Under the pieces are notes generated by a model. That model did not search any database. It was not told the DNA's origin and worked only from the letters and a program-made list of their open reading frames with translations. A program made the translations under genes and the position numbers. A DNA stretch of 64,000 bases from Candidatus Omnitrophota bacterium (lineage in GTDB: Bacteria; Omnitrophota; Gorgyraeia; 2-02-FULL-51-18): assembly GCA_945877765.1 (NCBI GenBank), contig CAMDWQ010000010.1, positions 5,679 through 69,678 of the forward strand. The letters run 5' to 3'. This document shows, one piece after another, positions 29,295-38,961 of the stretch. The stretch's first letter is position 1. Every line of letters begins with the position of its first letter.

Positions 29295-30076
29295 AGGCGG
29301 CGATTATTTGGTTGGGGGCGATTTTACTGGCGGCGGTGGCGGCGCCCTTTTTTTTAAGTAGCGCGTCGCAATCGATGAATCTTTTAAGCCCGCTAGAAGC
29401 CCCTTCATTGCATCACTGGATGGGGACGGATCCGCTCGGGCGCGATCTTTTTTTTAGAATTTTGTGCGGCGCTCAAGTTTCTGTCGGTGTCGGGTTTGCG
29501 GCGGTTTTAATTGCTACTGTCATGGGGATTTTGATCGGGACGGTGGCTGGTTATTTCGGCAGCTGGGTGGATCGGATTTTAATGTCATTGACGGATGCGA
29601 TGCTTTGCTTTCCTGTTTTTTTTCTGATTCTGGCGGTCATCGCAATTCTTGGGCCTGGAATGATTCCCATTGTGGTAATTATCGGCGCCACCGGATGGAT
29701 GGGCACGGCACGATTGATTCGGGCGGAGATTTTAACTTTAAAACACCGCGAATTTGTCCTGGCGGCGCGCGCCTTTGGTGCCTCTAACCGCTGGATTCTT
29801 ACCCGACACCTAATTCCTAACGCGCTGGGCCCGGTGATTGTTCATGCGATTCTTGGTGTTTCGGCAGCCATTCTAACGGAGACAGCTCTGAGTTTCCTGG
29901 GAATTGGCGTGCAGCCGCCAACGCCCAGCTGGGGAAATATTTTGATGGATGGCAAAGCGACTCTTGGCAGTGCGTGGTGGATGATGCTTTTTCCGGGGCT
30001 TGTGATTTTCTTAACCGTATTGTCGGTCAATGTGCTGGGTGAGAAAATTTCCCATCAAATGCGGGGGAGCCGGTAG
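29291..30076 (+). CDS. ABC transporter permease (OppC/DppC-like)
   Basis: 261 aa; overlaps the upstream gene by 4 nt. Confidence 0.85.
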   Translation: MKAAIIWLGAILLAAVAAPFFLSSASQSMNLLSPLEAPSLHHWMGTDPLGRDLFFRILCGAQVSVGVGFAAVLIATVMGILIGTVAGYFGSWVDRILMSLTDAMLCFPVFFLILAVIAILGPGMIPIVVIIGATGWMGTARLIRAEILTLKHREFVLAARAFGASNRWILTRHLIPNALGPVIVHAILGVSAAILTETALSFLGIGVQPPTPSWGNILMDGKATLGSAWWMMLFPGLVIFLTVLSVNVLGEKISHQMRGSR

Positions 30077-30975
30077 TGGAAGCAAAGCTGCCGATTCTTG
30101 AAGTTTTAAATTTAAGAGTTTCTTTTCAGGATCCCGTGAATCCTTCTCAAAAAATTGAAGCGGTCCGCGGTATCTCTTTTGAGGCGGCGGAGGGCTCTTT
30201 TACCGCCATCGTGGGAGAATCGGGGTCAGGGAAAAGTGTCACCAGTCTTGCTTTGACGCGTTTAACGCAAACAAAGGATGTGACCGGACAAGTTTTTTGG
30301 CGGGGGAGCCGCACCAAAAAGGATCTTTTGACTCTCAATGACAGTGAGCTTCTCGATGTTCGTGGAAAGGAAATCGCCTACGTATTTCAAGATCCCGCCT
30401 CATCTTTGAATCCTGTTTTGCGTGTGGGTCCTCAAATTGCTGAAGCCTATCGAGCCCATTTTGATGTCAGTCGTGACCATTCAAAAAATCGCGCACTGGA
30501 ATATCTGGAGGCTGTGCAGATGAAGGACGCTCTACGTGTCTATCAGAGCTATCCGCATGAGCTCTCCGGCGGTATGAGGCAGAGGGCGGCGATTGCCATG
30601 GCACTCATTGCCGAGCCGCGACTCTTGATTGCCGACGAGCCCACAACGGCTTTGGACGCCAACGTAGAAACAGAAATATTAAACCTTCTTTTGAAAATTA
30701 AGCGGGAAAGAAAACTAACCATTTTATTTATCACGCACAATATGGCTCACGCCTGTTCTTATTCGGATGTGATTTATGTGATGAATCAAGGAAAAATGAC
30801 TGAAAGACTCACGCCGAGTGCGGACGGTTTTCACCCGCGGACGGACTATGCCAAAAAACTATTTGCGGCGAGTTTTTGGAATGTGCCGCCAAAATCGATT
30901 CTTCCCTGTGTCAGTCCAAATGTCATTCCCGAAATCTTTAATCGGGAATCAAACCTTAAAACAAATCACCCATGA
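30076..30975 (+). CDS. ABC transporter ATP-binding protein (OppD/DppD-like); GTG start
   Basis: Walker A GESGSGKS, signature LSGGMRQR, Walker B LLIADEPT; C-terminus runs into a REP unit. Confidence 0.85.
   Translation: MEAKLPILEVLNLRVSFQDPVNPSQKIEAVRGISFEAAEGSFTAIVGESGSGKSVTSLALTRLTQTKDVTGQVFWRGSRTKKDLLTLNDSELLDVRGKEIAYVFQDPASSLNPVLRVGPQIAEAYRAHFDVSRDHSKNRALEYLEAVQMKDALRVYQSYPHELSGGMRQRAAIAMALIAEPRLLIADEPTTALDANVETEILNLLLKIKRERKLTILFITHNMAHACSYSDVIYVMNQGKMTERLTPSADGFHPRTDYAKKLFAASFWNVPPKSILPCVSPNVIPEIFNRESNLKTNHP
30922..30951. repeat. REP family A single unit (consensus form GTCATTCCCGAaatctttaaTCGGGAATCA)
   Basis: Lies inside the last codons of the ATPase gene. Confidence 0.75.
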
Positions 30976-31266
30976 GAACTAAAAGTTATTACGTGTATAT
31001 CATGGCAAGCGAATCTATGACATTGTACATAGGGGTGACATCCGATCTAATTAAGCGTATGCATGAACATAGTAATGGGTTGGTGCAAGGTTTCACAAAG
31101 AAGCATGAGGTAAAGAAGCTTTTATATTATGAAATATTTTAAGATCCTAGAAGTGCGATCCTAAGAGAAAAAAAGCTTAAGAGATGGAATAGGGGTTGGA
31201 AGTTGAGCCTTATTCAGAAAATAAATCCAATGATGAAAGATTTATATGAAGAAGCTATGGTTTGAT
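30972..31266 (+). pseudogene. Small GIY-YIG nuclease (COG2827-like) interrupted by an in-frame TAA at 31140-31142
   Basis: MRTKSYYVYIMASESMTLYIGVTSDLIKRMHEHSNGLVQGFTKKHEVKKLLYYEIF*DPRSAILREKKLKRWNRGWKLSLIQKINPMMKDLYEEAMV; both halves match the GIY-YIG family in one frame. Confidence 0.7.
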
Positions 31267-31426
31267 CCCCGATTAAAGATTTCGGGGATGACGGGGTGAA
31301 GGGTTCGGGGATGACACATTTAGAGTTTCGGGGATGACATCTTACTCCAACGTCATTCCCGAATGTACTTATCGGGAATCAAGCTTACGCAGCGTATGAT
31401 CCCCGATTAAAAATTTCGGGGATGAC
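31263..31426. repeat. REP family A cluster (3 full units plus 2 half-sites)
   Basis: Full units at 31263-31292, 31352-31381 and 31397-31426; TCGGGGATGAC half-sites at 31303-31316 and 31326-31340. Confidence 0.8.
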
Positions 31427-31437
31427 ATGTTGTTGTT

Positions 31438-32151
31438 TTGGGGATGATGGGGGTGTTTGTGTTACTTGAAGTCAAAAATTTAGCTAAGAGTTTTAAAAAA
31501 GGCGGCGTCAAAGCGCTTGAAGAGGCGTCGTTTTCTTTGGTTTCTGGCCGGACTCTGGGGATTATTGGTGCATCCGGGTCAGGAAAATCCACACTTTTAA
31601 AAATTATATTAAGGCTTGTGCCTGCCGACAGCGGCGAAATTTATTTTGAAGAAAAAAGAATTGATAACTTAAGCGAGAAAAAATTGAGAGATTTTCGCAA
31701 AAAAACGCAGATTATATTCCAAGATCCGTATCTATCGCTGGACCCGCGGATGAAAGTGGCTCAGCTTTTAAGAGAGCCTTTTATGATTTCTGGCGAGGAC
31801 AAAAAAACGCAGAGTGTGGATGAGAAAATTAGGGCGCTCTTGGATGCGGTGGGTTTGGCGGAGCGTTTTTTGGCCCGCTTTCCTCATGAATTGTCGGGGG
31901 GTGAATGCCAGAGGGTTGCCATCGCGCGGTCGATTAGTTTGGGGCCGAGGCTACTGCTTTGCGATGAGGCTGTTTCTTCACTGGATGCCGTGACAAAAAT
32001 TCAAATCTTAAATCTGCTTTTGACGCTGCAAAAGGAGCGTGCAATCAGCCTGCTGTTCGTCTCCCACGACGAGCGGGCGGTGCGCCATATGAGCGATGAA
32101 GTGCGGGTGATGAAGGATGGGATTCTTTCTTCGGCGATTTCCTTGAATTAG
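31438..32151 (+). CDS. ABC transporter ATP-binding protein (OppF/DppF-like); the true start is probably the GTG/ATG a few codons downstream
   Basis: Walker A GASGSGKST, signature LSGGECQR, Walker B LLLCDEA. Confidence 0.85.
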   Translation: MGMMGVFVLLEVKNLAKSFKKGGVKALEEASFSLVSGRTLGIIGASGSGKSTLLKIILRLVPADSGEIYFEEKRIDNLSEKKLRDFRKKTQIIFQDPYLSLDPRMKVAQLLREPFMISGEDKKTQSVDEKIRALLDAVGLAERFLARFPHELSGGECQRVAIARSISLGPRLLLCDEAVSSLDAVTKIQILNLLLTLQKERAISLLFVSHDERAVRHMSDEVRVMKDGILSSAISLN

Positions 32152-32218
32152 ACCTTCATCGGGATTATAATGACGAGACTTGTAAGTTTTCTAACCCATT
32201 TTCGGATAAATACTTAAG

Positions 32219-33448
32219 ATGAAAAAACTACTGACGTTTGTCATGGCTGGCGGCAAGGGAGAGCGGCTGTCTCCATTGACCAAAGACCGTGCAAAGCCTG
32301 CGGTGCCGTTTGGCGGCATTTACCGCATCATTGATTTTACCCTTTCCAATTGCATTAATTCTGGACTACGCCGTATTCATATTTTGGTGCAGTACAAATC
32401 CATGTCCCTTTCGCGGCATATTCGTATGGGATGGAATATTTTAAATGCGGAGGTCGGTGAGTATATCGATGTCGTGCCAGCCCAGCAAAGAGTTGATGAG
32501 CATTGGTATCAGGGGACAGCGGATGCGATCTATCAAAATCTTTATTCCATTGATATTGAAAATCCCGATCAGGTTTTAATTCTGGCCGGAGACCACGTGT
32601 ATAAAATGAATTATCAACCGATGATCGATCTTCACCGCGCGTCGAAAGCGGATCTTACGATCGGTGTGGTCCCCATGCCGATTGAAGAGGCGCCGCATGT
32701 GGGCGTGATAGAGACGGACGCGGCGGGCGTCGTGATTGGCTTTGAGGAAAAACCCAAGCAACCCAAGACGATTCCGGGGGATGCGGCGAATGTGTACGGC
32801 TCGATGGGCATTTATATTTTTGACCGCAAAGCGCTCGAGGAAGAATTGACCGAGGATGCCAAAAAAGACACGGCTCACGACTTTGGAAAAAATGTGATTC
32901 CTCAGATGATTCAAAAAGGCCAGCGCAAAATCATGTCTTACAATTTTGTAGATCCCAACACCAAAGAAGCTTTGTATTGGCGTGACGTCGGAAGCTTGGA
33001 TGCTTATTACGAGGCCAGCATTGATTTAGTCAACGTGATGCCGCAGTTTAATCTTTACGACCGTGATTGGCCGATTCGCACTCACCAACTACAGTATCCG
33101 CCCGCTAAATTTGTGTTTAATAATCAGCTCACCGGCGGCCGTCGCGGCGAGGCGCTGGACTCCATGGTGGCTGATGGATGCATTATCTCGGGTGGCTCGG
33201 TGCGCCGCTGTATTTTGTCTCCCAATGTTCGGGTGAACAGCTATGCCGAGGTGGAAAATTCGCTTCTTCTGGAAAGTGTGGAAGTGGGCCGTTACGTCAA
33301 AATTAAAAATGCGATTATCGACAAGCATGTCAAGCTCATGCCTGGTGCCACGGTAGGACATGATTTGGAATTGGATAAAAAACGTTTCACCGTGACGCCC
33401 AAAGGCATCGTGGTGGTTGAGAAGGGTGCGGTGGTAGAGGCGGTATGA
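32219..33448 (+). CDS. glgC: Glucose-1-phosphate adenylyltransferase
   Basis: 409 aa; [14 protein letters not shown]...RIIDF N-terminus; left-handed beta-helix C-terminus. Confidence 0.85.
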   Translation: MKKLLTFVMAGGKGERLSPLTKDRAKPAVPFGGIYRIIDFTLSNCINSGLRRIHILVQYKSMSLSRHIRMGWNILNAEVGEYIDVVPAQQRVDEHWYQGTADAIYQNLYSIDIENPDQVLILAGDHVYKMNYQPMIDLHRASKADLTIGVVPMPIEEAPHVGVIETDAAGVVIGFEEKPKQPKTIPGDAANVYGSMGIYIFDRKALEEELTEDAKKDTAHDFGKNVIPQMIQKGQRKIMSYNFVDPNTKEALYWRDVGSLDAYYEASIDLVNVMPQFNLYDRDWPIRTHQLQYPPAKFVFNNQLTGGRRGEALDSMVADGCIISGGSVRRCILSPNVRVNSYAEVENSLLLESVEVGRYVKIKNAIIDKHVKLMPGATVGHDLELDKKRFTVTPKGIVVVEKGAVVEAV

Positions 33449-34236
33449 GCTCCCAGGATATTTTAAAAATAGGCTCTTATTCGCTCAAGTCCCGCTTGAT
33501 TGTCGGCACTGGCAAATATCCCACGTTCCAGATCATGGAAAAGGCGTTGGAGATATCCGGCGCCGAGATGGTGACGGTAGCGGTGCGCCGCGTGAACCTC
33601 GACAGGTCCAAAGAATCTTTGCTTGATTTTGTAGACCCCAAAAAGTATATTCTTCTTCCCAATACCGCGGGCTGCTATACCGCGGAAGAGGCGGTTCGCG
33701 TGGCTCGGTTGGGGCGGGCGGCAGGGCTTTCTAACCTCGTGAAGTTGGAGGTTATCGGCGATGAGGTAACGCTCATGCCGGATGTGTTGGGCCTCCTGGA
33801 AGCGACCAAAATTTTGGTCAAGGAAGGTTTTGTAGTGATGCCTTACACCACAGATGACCCCATCATGGCCAAGCGGCTTGAGGATGCCGGCGCCGCGTGT
33901 GTGATGCCTCTGGCGGCTCCTATTGGATCGGGGCAGGGCATTCAGAATTTATTGAATTTACAACTTTTGATCGAAAAAGTAAAAATTTCGGTGATTGTGG
34001 ATGCCGGCGTGGGGACGGCTTCTGACGCGGCGATCGCCATGGAATTGGGAGCGGATGGTGTCTTGATGAATACGGCCATCGCTGGTGCTAAAGATCCGGT
34101 GAAAATGGCCGAAGCGATGAAATTGGCGGTACACGCGGGGCGCTTGGCGTTTGAAGCGGGGCGCATTGAAAAAAAGATGCATGCCAACGCGTCGAGTCCG
34201 GCGGCGGACAAGGCGACGGCTCACGCGATTGAATAA
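33445..34236 (+). CDS. thiG: Thiazole synthase
   Basis: 263 aa; LIVGTGKY...VTVAVRR and conserved Lys region; overlaps the glgC stop. Confidence 0.85.
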   Translation: MSSQDILKIGSYSLKSRLIVGTGKYPTFQIMEKALEISGAEMVTVAVRRVNLDRSKESLLDFVDPKKYILLPNTAGCYTAEEAVRVARLGRAAGLSNLVKLEVIGDEVTLMPDVLGLLEATKILVKEGFVVMPYTTDDPIMAKRLEDAGAACVMPLAAPIGSGQGIQNLLNLQLLIEKVKISVIVDAGVGTASDAAIAMELGADGVLMNTAIAGAKDPVKMAEAMKLAVHAGRLAFEAGRIEKKMHANASSPAADKATAHAIE

Positions 34237-34272
34237 TTTTATTAGTTGAACAGTGACACCTTGGGACAGGAT

Positions 34273-34385
34273 GTCATCCCCGAGATCATTAGTCGGGGAT
34301 CAAACCTGGGCATGATCCCCGATAAGAGATTTCGGGGATGACACTGTGTGATGTTTGATTCCCGATAAATACTTTCGGGAATGAC
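34273..34385. repeat. REP family A cluster (3 units)
   Basis: Units at 34273-34302 (forward), 34313-34342 (reverse) and 34356-34385 (reverse, ATTCCCGA variant). Confidence 0.8.
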
Positions 34386-34422
34386 GTTGGGATGAAAATA
34401 CGGACAGGAGAAGAAAGTAAAA

Positions 34423-35505
34423 ATGAAAAAAATGAATAAATCTAGAAATTATAAAATTGCGGTCATTGGCGGCGATGGCACCGGCCCTGAGGTTGTGCGC
34501 GAGGCCCTCAAGGTGCTTGCCGCGTCTTCTAAAAAAAATGGCTACAAGCTGGACCTAACTCCTTTTGATTTCGGCGGTGAGAGATTTTTAAAAACAGGCA
34601 AAGTTTTGTCCGACAAGGAAATGGCGGGACTTAAAAAATTTGACGCGATTCTTTTGGGGGCTGTGGGACACCCGGATGTGAAGCCGGGAATTCTTGAGAA
34701 AGGTCTTTTGCTAAAAGCGCGTTTTGGGCTTGAGCAGTACATCAATCTTCGCCCGGTGAAACTGTATCCCGGTGTTTGGACACCTCTTAAGGATAAAGGT
34801 CCTCAGGATATTGATTTTGTCGTTGTCCGTGAAAATAACGAAGGCTTATATGTTGGTGAAGGCAGTTTTAAAAATAAAGGCAAAAAAAATGAAGTCGCAA
34901 CCCAGATTTCGCGCAACACGCGTAAAGGGGTCGAGCGCTGTATCCGTTATGCTTTTGAGTTGACCCGCAAGCGTAACAAGAGAAAAAAGCTTACGCTTTG
35001 CGGTAAGACCAATGTCTTAACCTACGCGATGGATCTGTGGTGGAGAGTGTTTCAGGAAGTGGCCAAGGAATACCCCGACGTGACGGCGGACTACGCGCAT
35101 GTCGACGCTACTTGTATGTGGATGGTGAAAAACCCAGAGTGGTTTGACGTCATTGTGACCGACAATATGTTTGGCGATATCATCACGGATCTTGGCGCTA
35201 TGATTCAGGGAGGCATGGGAATCGCGGCGGGAGGCAATATCAATCCGGAGGGCGTGTCGATGTTTGAACCGATCGGCGGCTCGGCTCCCAAATATACAGG
35301 CAAAAACGTAATCAATCCGTTGGCTGCTATTTGCGCGGGCGGGATGATGATGGACAGTCTCGGCGAAACCAAAGCGGCTGAAGAAATTGAAAAAGCGGTG
35401 ATGAGTGTGACGCAGAATAAACTTAAGTCTTTGGCTGCGGGGAAGATGGGATATAGCACCACTCAGGTGGGTGATTTGGTTGTAAAAACACTTTCCTCCC
35501 TGTAA
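34423..35505 (+). CDS. Isocitrate/isopropylmalate dehydrogenase family enzyme (tartrate/3-isopropylmalate-DH-like paralogue)
   Basis: 360 aa; [35 protein letters not shown]. Confidence 0.75.
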   Translation: MKKMNKSRNYKIAVIGGDGTGPEVVREALKVLAASSKKNGYKLDLTPFDFGGERFLKTGKVLSDKEMAGLKKFDAILLGAVGHPDVKPGILEKGLLLKARFGLEQYINLRPVKLYPGVWTPLKDKGPQDIDFVVVRENNEGLYVGEGSFKNKGKKNEVATQISRNTRKGVERCIRYAFELTRKRNKRKKLTLCGKTNVLTYAMDLWWRVFQEVAKEYPDVTADYAHVDATCMWMVKNPEWFDVIVTDNMFGDIITDLGAMIQGGMGIAAGGNINPEGVSMFEPIGGSAPKYTGKNVINPLAAICAGGMMMDSLGETKAAEEIEKAVMSVTQNKLKSLAAGKMGYSTTQVGDLVVKTLSSL

Positions 35506-35539
35506 TAAGGGGAAGTGTCGGGGGAGAAAGAGAACACAA

Positions 35540-35700
35540 TTTCCTCCCCTTACGAAGGGGAGGTGCCGCAGGCGGAGGGGTTGTAGGGGTTTACGCATGC
35601 TGTTTAATGTGTCAACCACCCCGTCGCCTTCGGCACCACCCCTCCTTCGAAAGGAGGGGAAAGGGCACTTGATTTTCTCCTCTTTTCAAAGGGAGGGGAA
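35540..35700. repeat. Family B structured intergenic repeat, copy 2
   Basis: Near-identical to 28159-28300; the track ORF 35597.. starts inside it, which is spurious. Confidence 0.8.
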
Positions 35701-35725
35701 AATAACTTTAAAATTTAGGATAATT

Positions 35726-36739
35726 ATGAAGAAAAAATCAGCTTACAACGTTGCCATTATGGGCGCCACGGGCGCTGTTGGCGAAGAAATGCTCAAAATT
35801 CTTGAGGAAAGAAAATTTCCAGTTGCCGAGCTAAGGCTTTTGGCGTCGGCGCGGTCGGTAGGGAGAAAATATTCTTTCAAGGGAAAAACCTACACCGTTG
35901 CGGAGCTAAAAGAAGATTCCTTTGATGGCATCGACATCGTACTTGCCAGCGCGGGCGGCTCTATTTCCAAAAAATTTGCACCCTTTGCAGTCAAGGCGGG
36001 GGCGGTGGTGATTGATAATACCAGCGCTTTTCGCATGGATGCCAAGGTGCCCCTGGTCATCCCGGAAATCAATCCCCAGGACATTCAGAAACACCAAGGG
36101 ATTATCGCCAATCCCAATTGTTCGACCATCATTATGCTGGTGCCGGTATTTGCCATTCACCGCAAAAACCGTGTTAAAAAGGCGATTATTTCGACCTATC
36201 AGGCTGCCTCTGGTGCCGGGGCTAAAGCGATGAAGGAGCTTGAAAACCAGGCGCGGGATATTTTGGGGGGAAAGCCAGCCAAGAAAGAGATATTCCCTCA
36301 CCAGATTGCATTCAACCTTTTTTCTCATAATAGCTCCGTCCAAGCCAGCGGCTATAATGAAGAGGAAGTGAAGATGACTAAAGAGACTCACAAAATTCTT
36401 CACGATGACAAAATCAAAGTGACTGCCACTTGCGTGCGTGTGCCGGTGTACCGTGCTCATTCCGAGTCGATCTATTTGGAGCTTACGCGTAAACCCGATG
36501 TGTCAGATATTCGTAAGATCATTAGCCGGTCGGCGGGCTTGAAGCTTGTGGATGACCGTCAGAATAATTATTTTCCCATGCCTATCGAAGCTTCCGGCAA
36601 GGATGATGTGCTGGTGGGTCGTCTTCGCACCGACGCTTCAGACCCTCACGGTTTGTGGCTTTTTGTGGCTGGGGACCAGATCCGCAAAGGGGCGGCTCTT
36701 AACGCGGTGCAGATCGCTGAGATTCTTTGCCAGAAATAA
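35726..36739 (+). CDS. asd: Aspartate-semialdehyde dehydrogenase (start revised to ATG 35726)
   Basis: MKKKSAYNVAIMGATGAVG Rossmann N-terminus; active-site Cys in IANPNCSTI. Confidence 0.88.
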   Translation: MKKKSAYNVAIMGATGAVGEEMLKILEERKFPVAELRLLASARSVGRKYSFKGKTYTVAELKEDSFDGIDIVLASAGGSISKKFAPFAVKAGAVVIDNTSAFRMDAKVPLVIPEINPQDIQKHQGIIANPNCSTIIMLVPVFAIHRKNRVKKAIISTYQAASGAGAKAMKELENQARDILGGKPAKKEIFPHQIAFNLFSHNSSVQASGYNEEEVKMTKETHKILHDDKIKVTATCVRVPVYRAHSESIYLELTRKPDVSDIRKIISRSAGLKLVDDRQNNYFPMPIEASGKDDVLVGRLRTDASDPHGLWLFVAGDQIRKGAALNAVQIAEILCQK

Positions 36740-37479
36740 AAAGTCCTCGCACCATCAAGCTTGTGCTGGGTTTTGACGGCACACGTTACGAAGGCTGGCA
36801 GAGCCAGAAAAATAACCGCACGATTCAAGAGCTTTTTGAAAAATGTCTCTGCAAAATTCTCTCTGAAAAAGTCGTTGTCTTTGGCAGCTCCCGCACCGAC
36901 AGCGGCGTCCACGCCAAGGGGTTTGTCGCTCATTTCCAGACACGCCACTTGCTTACCGATGCTAAAATTAAAGACGCGCTGAATCATTATTTGCCGGCGG
37001 ATGTGGTTGTGTTTAGCGCCAAGACAGTGCGGCCCAATTTCCATGCGCGATATAGCGCCAAATCCAAGATTTACCAATATGACATTTACAATAGCCCCAC
37101 AAGACCCCTTTTTGAGGCGCCCTTTGTGCTTTGGTACGCGGGTCCCCTTCGAATAGATCCCATAAAAAATGCGGCTAAGTTTTTTTTAGGCCAGCATGAT
37201 TTTTTATCGTTCAAGGATAGCGGGGATGACAAAAAAAATACCGTCCGCACGATCAAAAAAATTTCAGTGCAAAAAAAAGGCTGCCTTATTCGTATTCTTA
37301 TTGAGGGGGATGGTTTTTTGACGCATATGGTCCGTATTATTGCCGGGACCTTGATGGAGGTGGGTAAAGGCAGAATCGAGGCCGATAGTATTTCGGCAAT
37401 TATTCTTTCCAAGAAACGTGCGCGCGCAGGCGCTACGGCCAAAGCACAAGGCTTAACCTTGCTTAAGGTTCGCTATTGA
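36727..37479 (+). CDS. truA: tRNA pseudouridine(38-40) synthase
   Basis: 250 aa; GFDGTRYEGWQSQ, catalytic Asp in SSRTDSGVHA. Confidence 0.85.
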   Translation: MPEIKSPRTIKLVLGFDGTRYEGWQSQKNNRTIQELFEKCLCKILSEKVVVFGSSRTDSGVHAKGFVAHFQTRHLLTDAKIKDALNHYLPADVVVFSAKTVRPNFHARYSAKSKIYQYDIYNSPTRPLFEAPFVLWYAGPLRIDPIKNAAKFFLGQHDFLSFKDSGDDKKNTVRTIKKISVQKKGCLIRILIEGDGFLTHMVRIIAGTLMEVGKGRIEADSISAIILSKKRARAGATAKAQGLTLLKVRY

Positions 37480-37486
37480 GCTGATT

Positions 37487-37771
37487 TTATGAAGTTGCTC
37501 TTTTTTCCCATTCTAGGGGGGAGAAGGCACGAATCGTGATGCCGTGGATGCTGGAATTTTTGCCTATGGCGAGCGCTTCATAGATGGCGGCGTGTCTCTG
37601 AAGTAGTGATTTTCCTTCGAATCCCGCCGAAACAATCACCAAGTCCAACAGCATTTCCTTTTCTTTCATTGTCTCTGGATGACCGACGTGTGTGTGACTT
37701 TTATCCGTTAACTCCATTAGAAGGGGGGAGAAGTGACTTTCTAGCGTTGAGCGTATCTTTTCGAGGACCAT
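37487..37771 (-). CDS. BolA-family protein
   Basis: 94 aa; LDLVIVSAGFEGKSLLQRHAAIYEAL...IHGITIRAFSPLEW. Confidence 0.75.
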   Translation of the reverse strand: MVLEKIRSTLESHFSPLLMELTDKSHTHVGHPETMKEKEMLLDLVIVSAGFEGKSLLQRHAAIYEALAIGKNSSIHGITIRAFSPLEWEKRATS

Positions 37772-37861
37772 AGCATCATTGTACTACACGATTGACAGCG
37801 CACCGCTTTTGGGGGGTATAATAAAACTCTGGCGTTAGGGCGGTCAAAAAATGGAGGCTCC

Positions 37862-38647
37862 ATGAAAAAAACCTTACTTCGATTGATCGGCATCTTTTTT
37901 TTGGCCGCGGTGCTTCTGGTGGTGGGCAAGGACATGATTGCCAAGTCTGTCATTGCAAATATTTTTCAGAAGACGACAGGCTTGAGGCTGGGTATCGGCA
38001 ATTTTCACTCGAGTCTTCTTAAGTCGGTGATCAGCGTTAATGATTTGAATCTTTATAATCCAGCTGCCTATTCCGAAAAAGTGATGTTCTCTATTCCTGA
38101 GGCGCGGGTAGGTTTTGACCTCGGCTCTATTTTGACAGGCAAGCCACATCTAAAGGAAATCTACGTCCATTTGGCTGAGCTTAAGATTGAGCGCAATAAA
38201 GCAGGCAAGCTTAATCTTTCGGAGCTAAAGCCTCCCGGTGGTAAAAAGAAAGCGCCGAGAGCGGGAAGCACCGCCACAGTCAGTGTTGACGTAATGAGGC
38301 TACGCGTCGATAAGGTGATTTATAAAGATTTCTCGCGGGCGACTCCGTCGGTTCAGGAGTTTGCTCTCAATATCGACGAAACTTATCGTGATGTCAAAGA
38401 TGTCAAGGCGCTGGTTCCCATCATCATCGGCAGCGCGCTAAAAAGTAGTGCACTGCGCTCTCTAATCAATTTTAATGTGAGCGATCTTCTGTATAATTTT
38501 GAAGCTGGCGGTATTAACATCCGTGATTTGGGCCTTGATCAACTCTCCAATATTTTTAACTCCGGCGTTGGCCAGACGGCTCAGAGTGTCTTGGGTAGTA
38601 TTTCGGGTCAGTTAGACTCGTTGTTTGACTCTTCCCAAAAAAAATAA
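37862..38647 (+). CDS. Hypothetical membrane-anchored protein (N-terminal transmembrane segment; weakly AsmA-N-terminal-like)
   Basis: 261 aa; N-terminal hydrophobic anchor; no confident family assignment. Confidence 0.45.
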   Translation: MKKTLLRLIGIFFLAAVLLVVGKDMIAKSVIANIFQKTTGLRLGIGNFHSSLLKSVISVNDLNLYNPAAYSEKVMFSIPEARVGFDLGSILTGKPHLKEIYVHLAELKIERNKAGKLNLSELKPPGGKKKAPRAGSTATVSVDVMRLRVDKVIYKDFSRATPSVQEFALNIDETYRDVKDVKALVPIIIGSALKSSALRSLINFNVSDLLYNFEAGGINIRDLGLDQLSNIFNSGVGQTAQSVLGSISGQLDSLFDSSQKK

Positions 38648-38673
38648 ACCCCCGAGCCCCACATCACGCCAAT

Positions 38674-38743
38674 GTCATCCCCGAAATTATTTATCGGGGA
38701 TCATACCTTAGTTTGATTCCCGACTAGAGATTTCGGGAATGAC
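38674..38743. repeat. REP family A doublet upstream of the giant gene
   Basis: GTCATCCCCGAaattatttaTCGGGGATCA ... TGATTCCCGActagagattTCGGGAATGAC. Confidence 0.8.
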
Positions 38744-38855
38744 ACTGTGTGATGACATTGTGGGATGCGGGGTTAATCAAATTTAATCCATAACTAACGG
38801 TTCTTAAGCATTTTATATCCCACGTCATTTTATTTGATATTTAATCAAAAAAACA

Positions 38856-38884
38856 TTGACATTAAATTAATCGTGGTGTAATTT
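38856..38884 (+). promoter_or_regulatory. Putative promoter of the giant gene (TTGACA-N17-TAATTT, or TGTAAT) in an AT-rich leader
   Basis: Consensus -35 hexamer; weak -10; ribosome-binding site AAGGAG at 38951, ATG at 38962. Confidence 0.3.
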
Positions 38885-38961
38885 TAAAACCATGACAGAG
38901 GGAGCCGTTGATGGGGAGGGGTTGAGAATGATTTGTCAGAAAAGCTCTTAAAGGAGAATGA

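Noticed and set aside
31140-31142. The in-frame TAA in the GIY-YIG gene could reflect stop-codon recoding.
   Set aside because: TAA terminates many neighbouring well-conserved genes (rplN, rplX, rplE and others), so the organism uses standard code 11. This is a pseudogene or a sequencing error.
35017-35619. A 200-aa minus-strand ORF, His/Arg-rich.
   Set aside because: It is antisense to the isopropylmalate-DH-like gene and runs into the family B repeat, with a low-complexity translation.
35906-36460. A 184-aa minus-strand ORF inside asd.
   Set aside because: It is a shadow ORF antisense to a conserved gene.
36646-37077. A 143-aa minus-strand ORF across asd / truA.
   Set aside because: It is antisense to two conserved genes.
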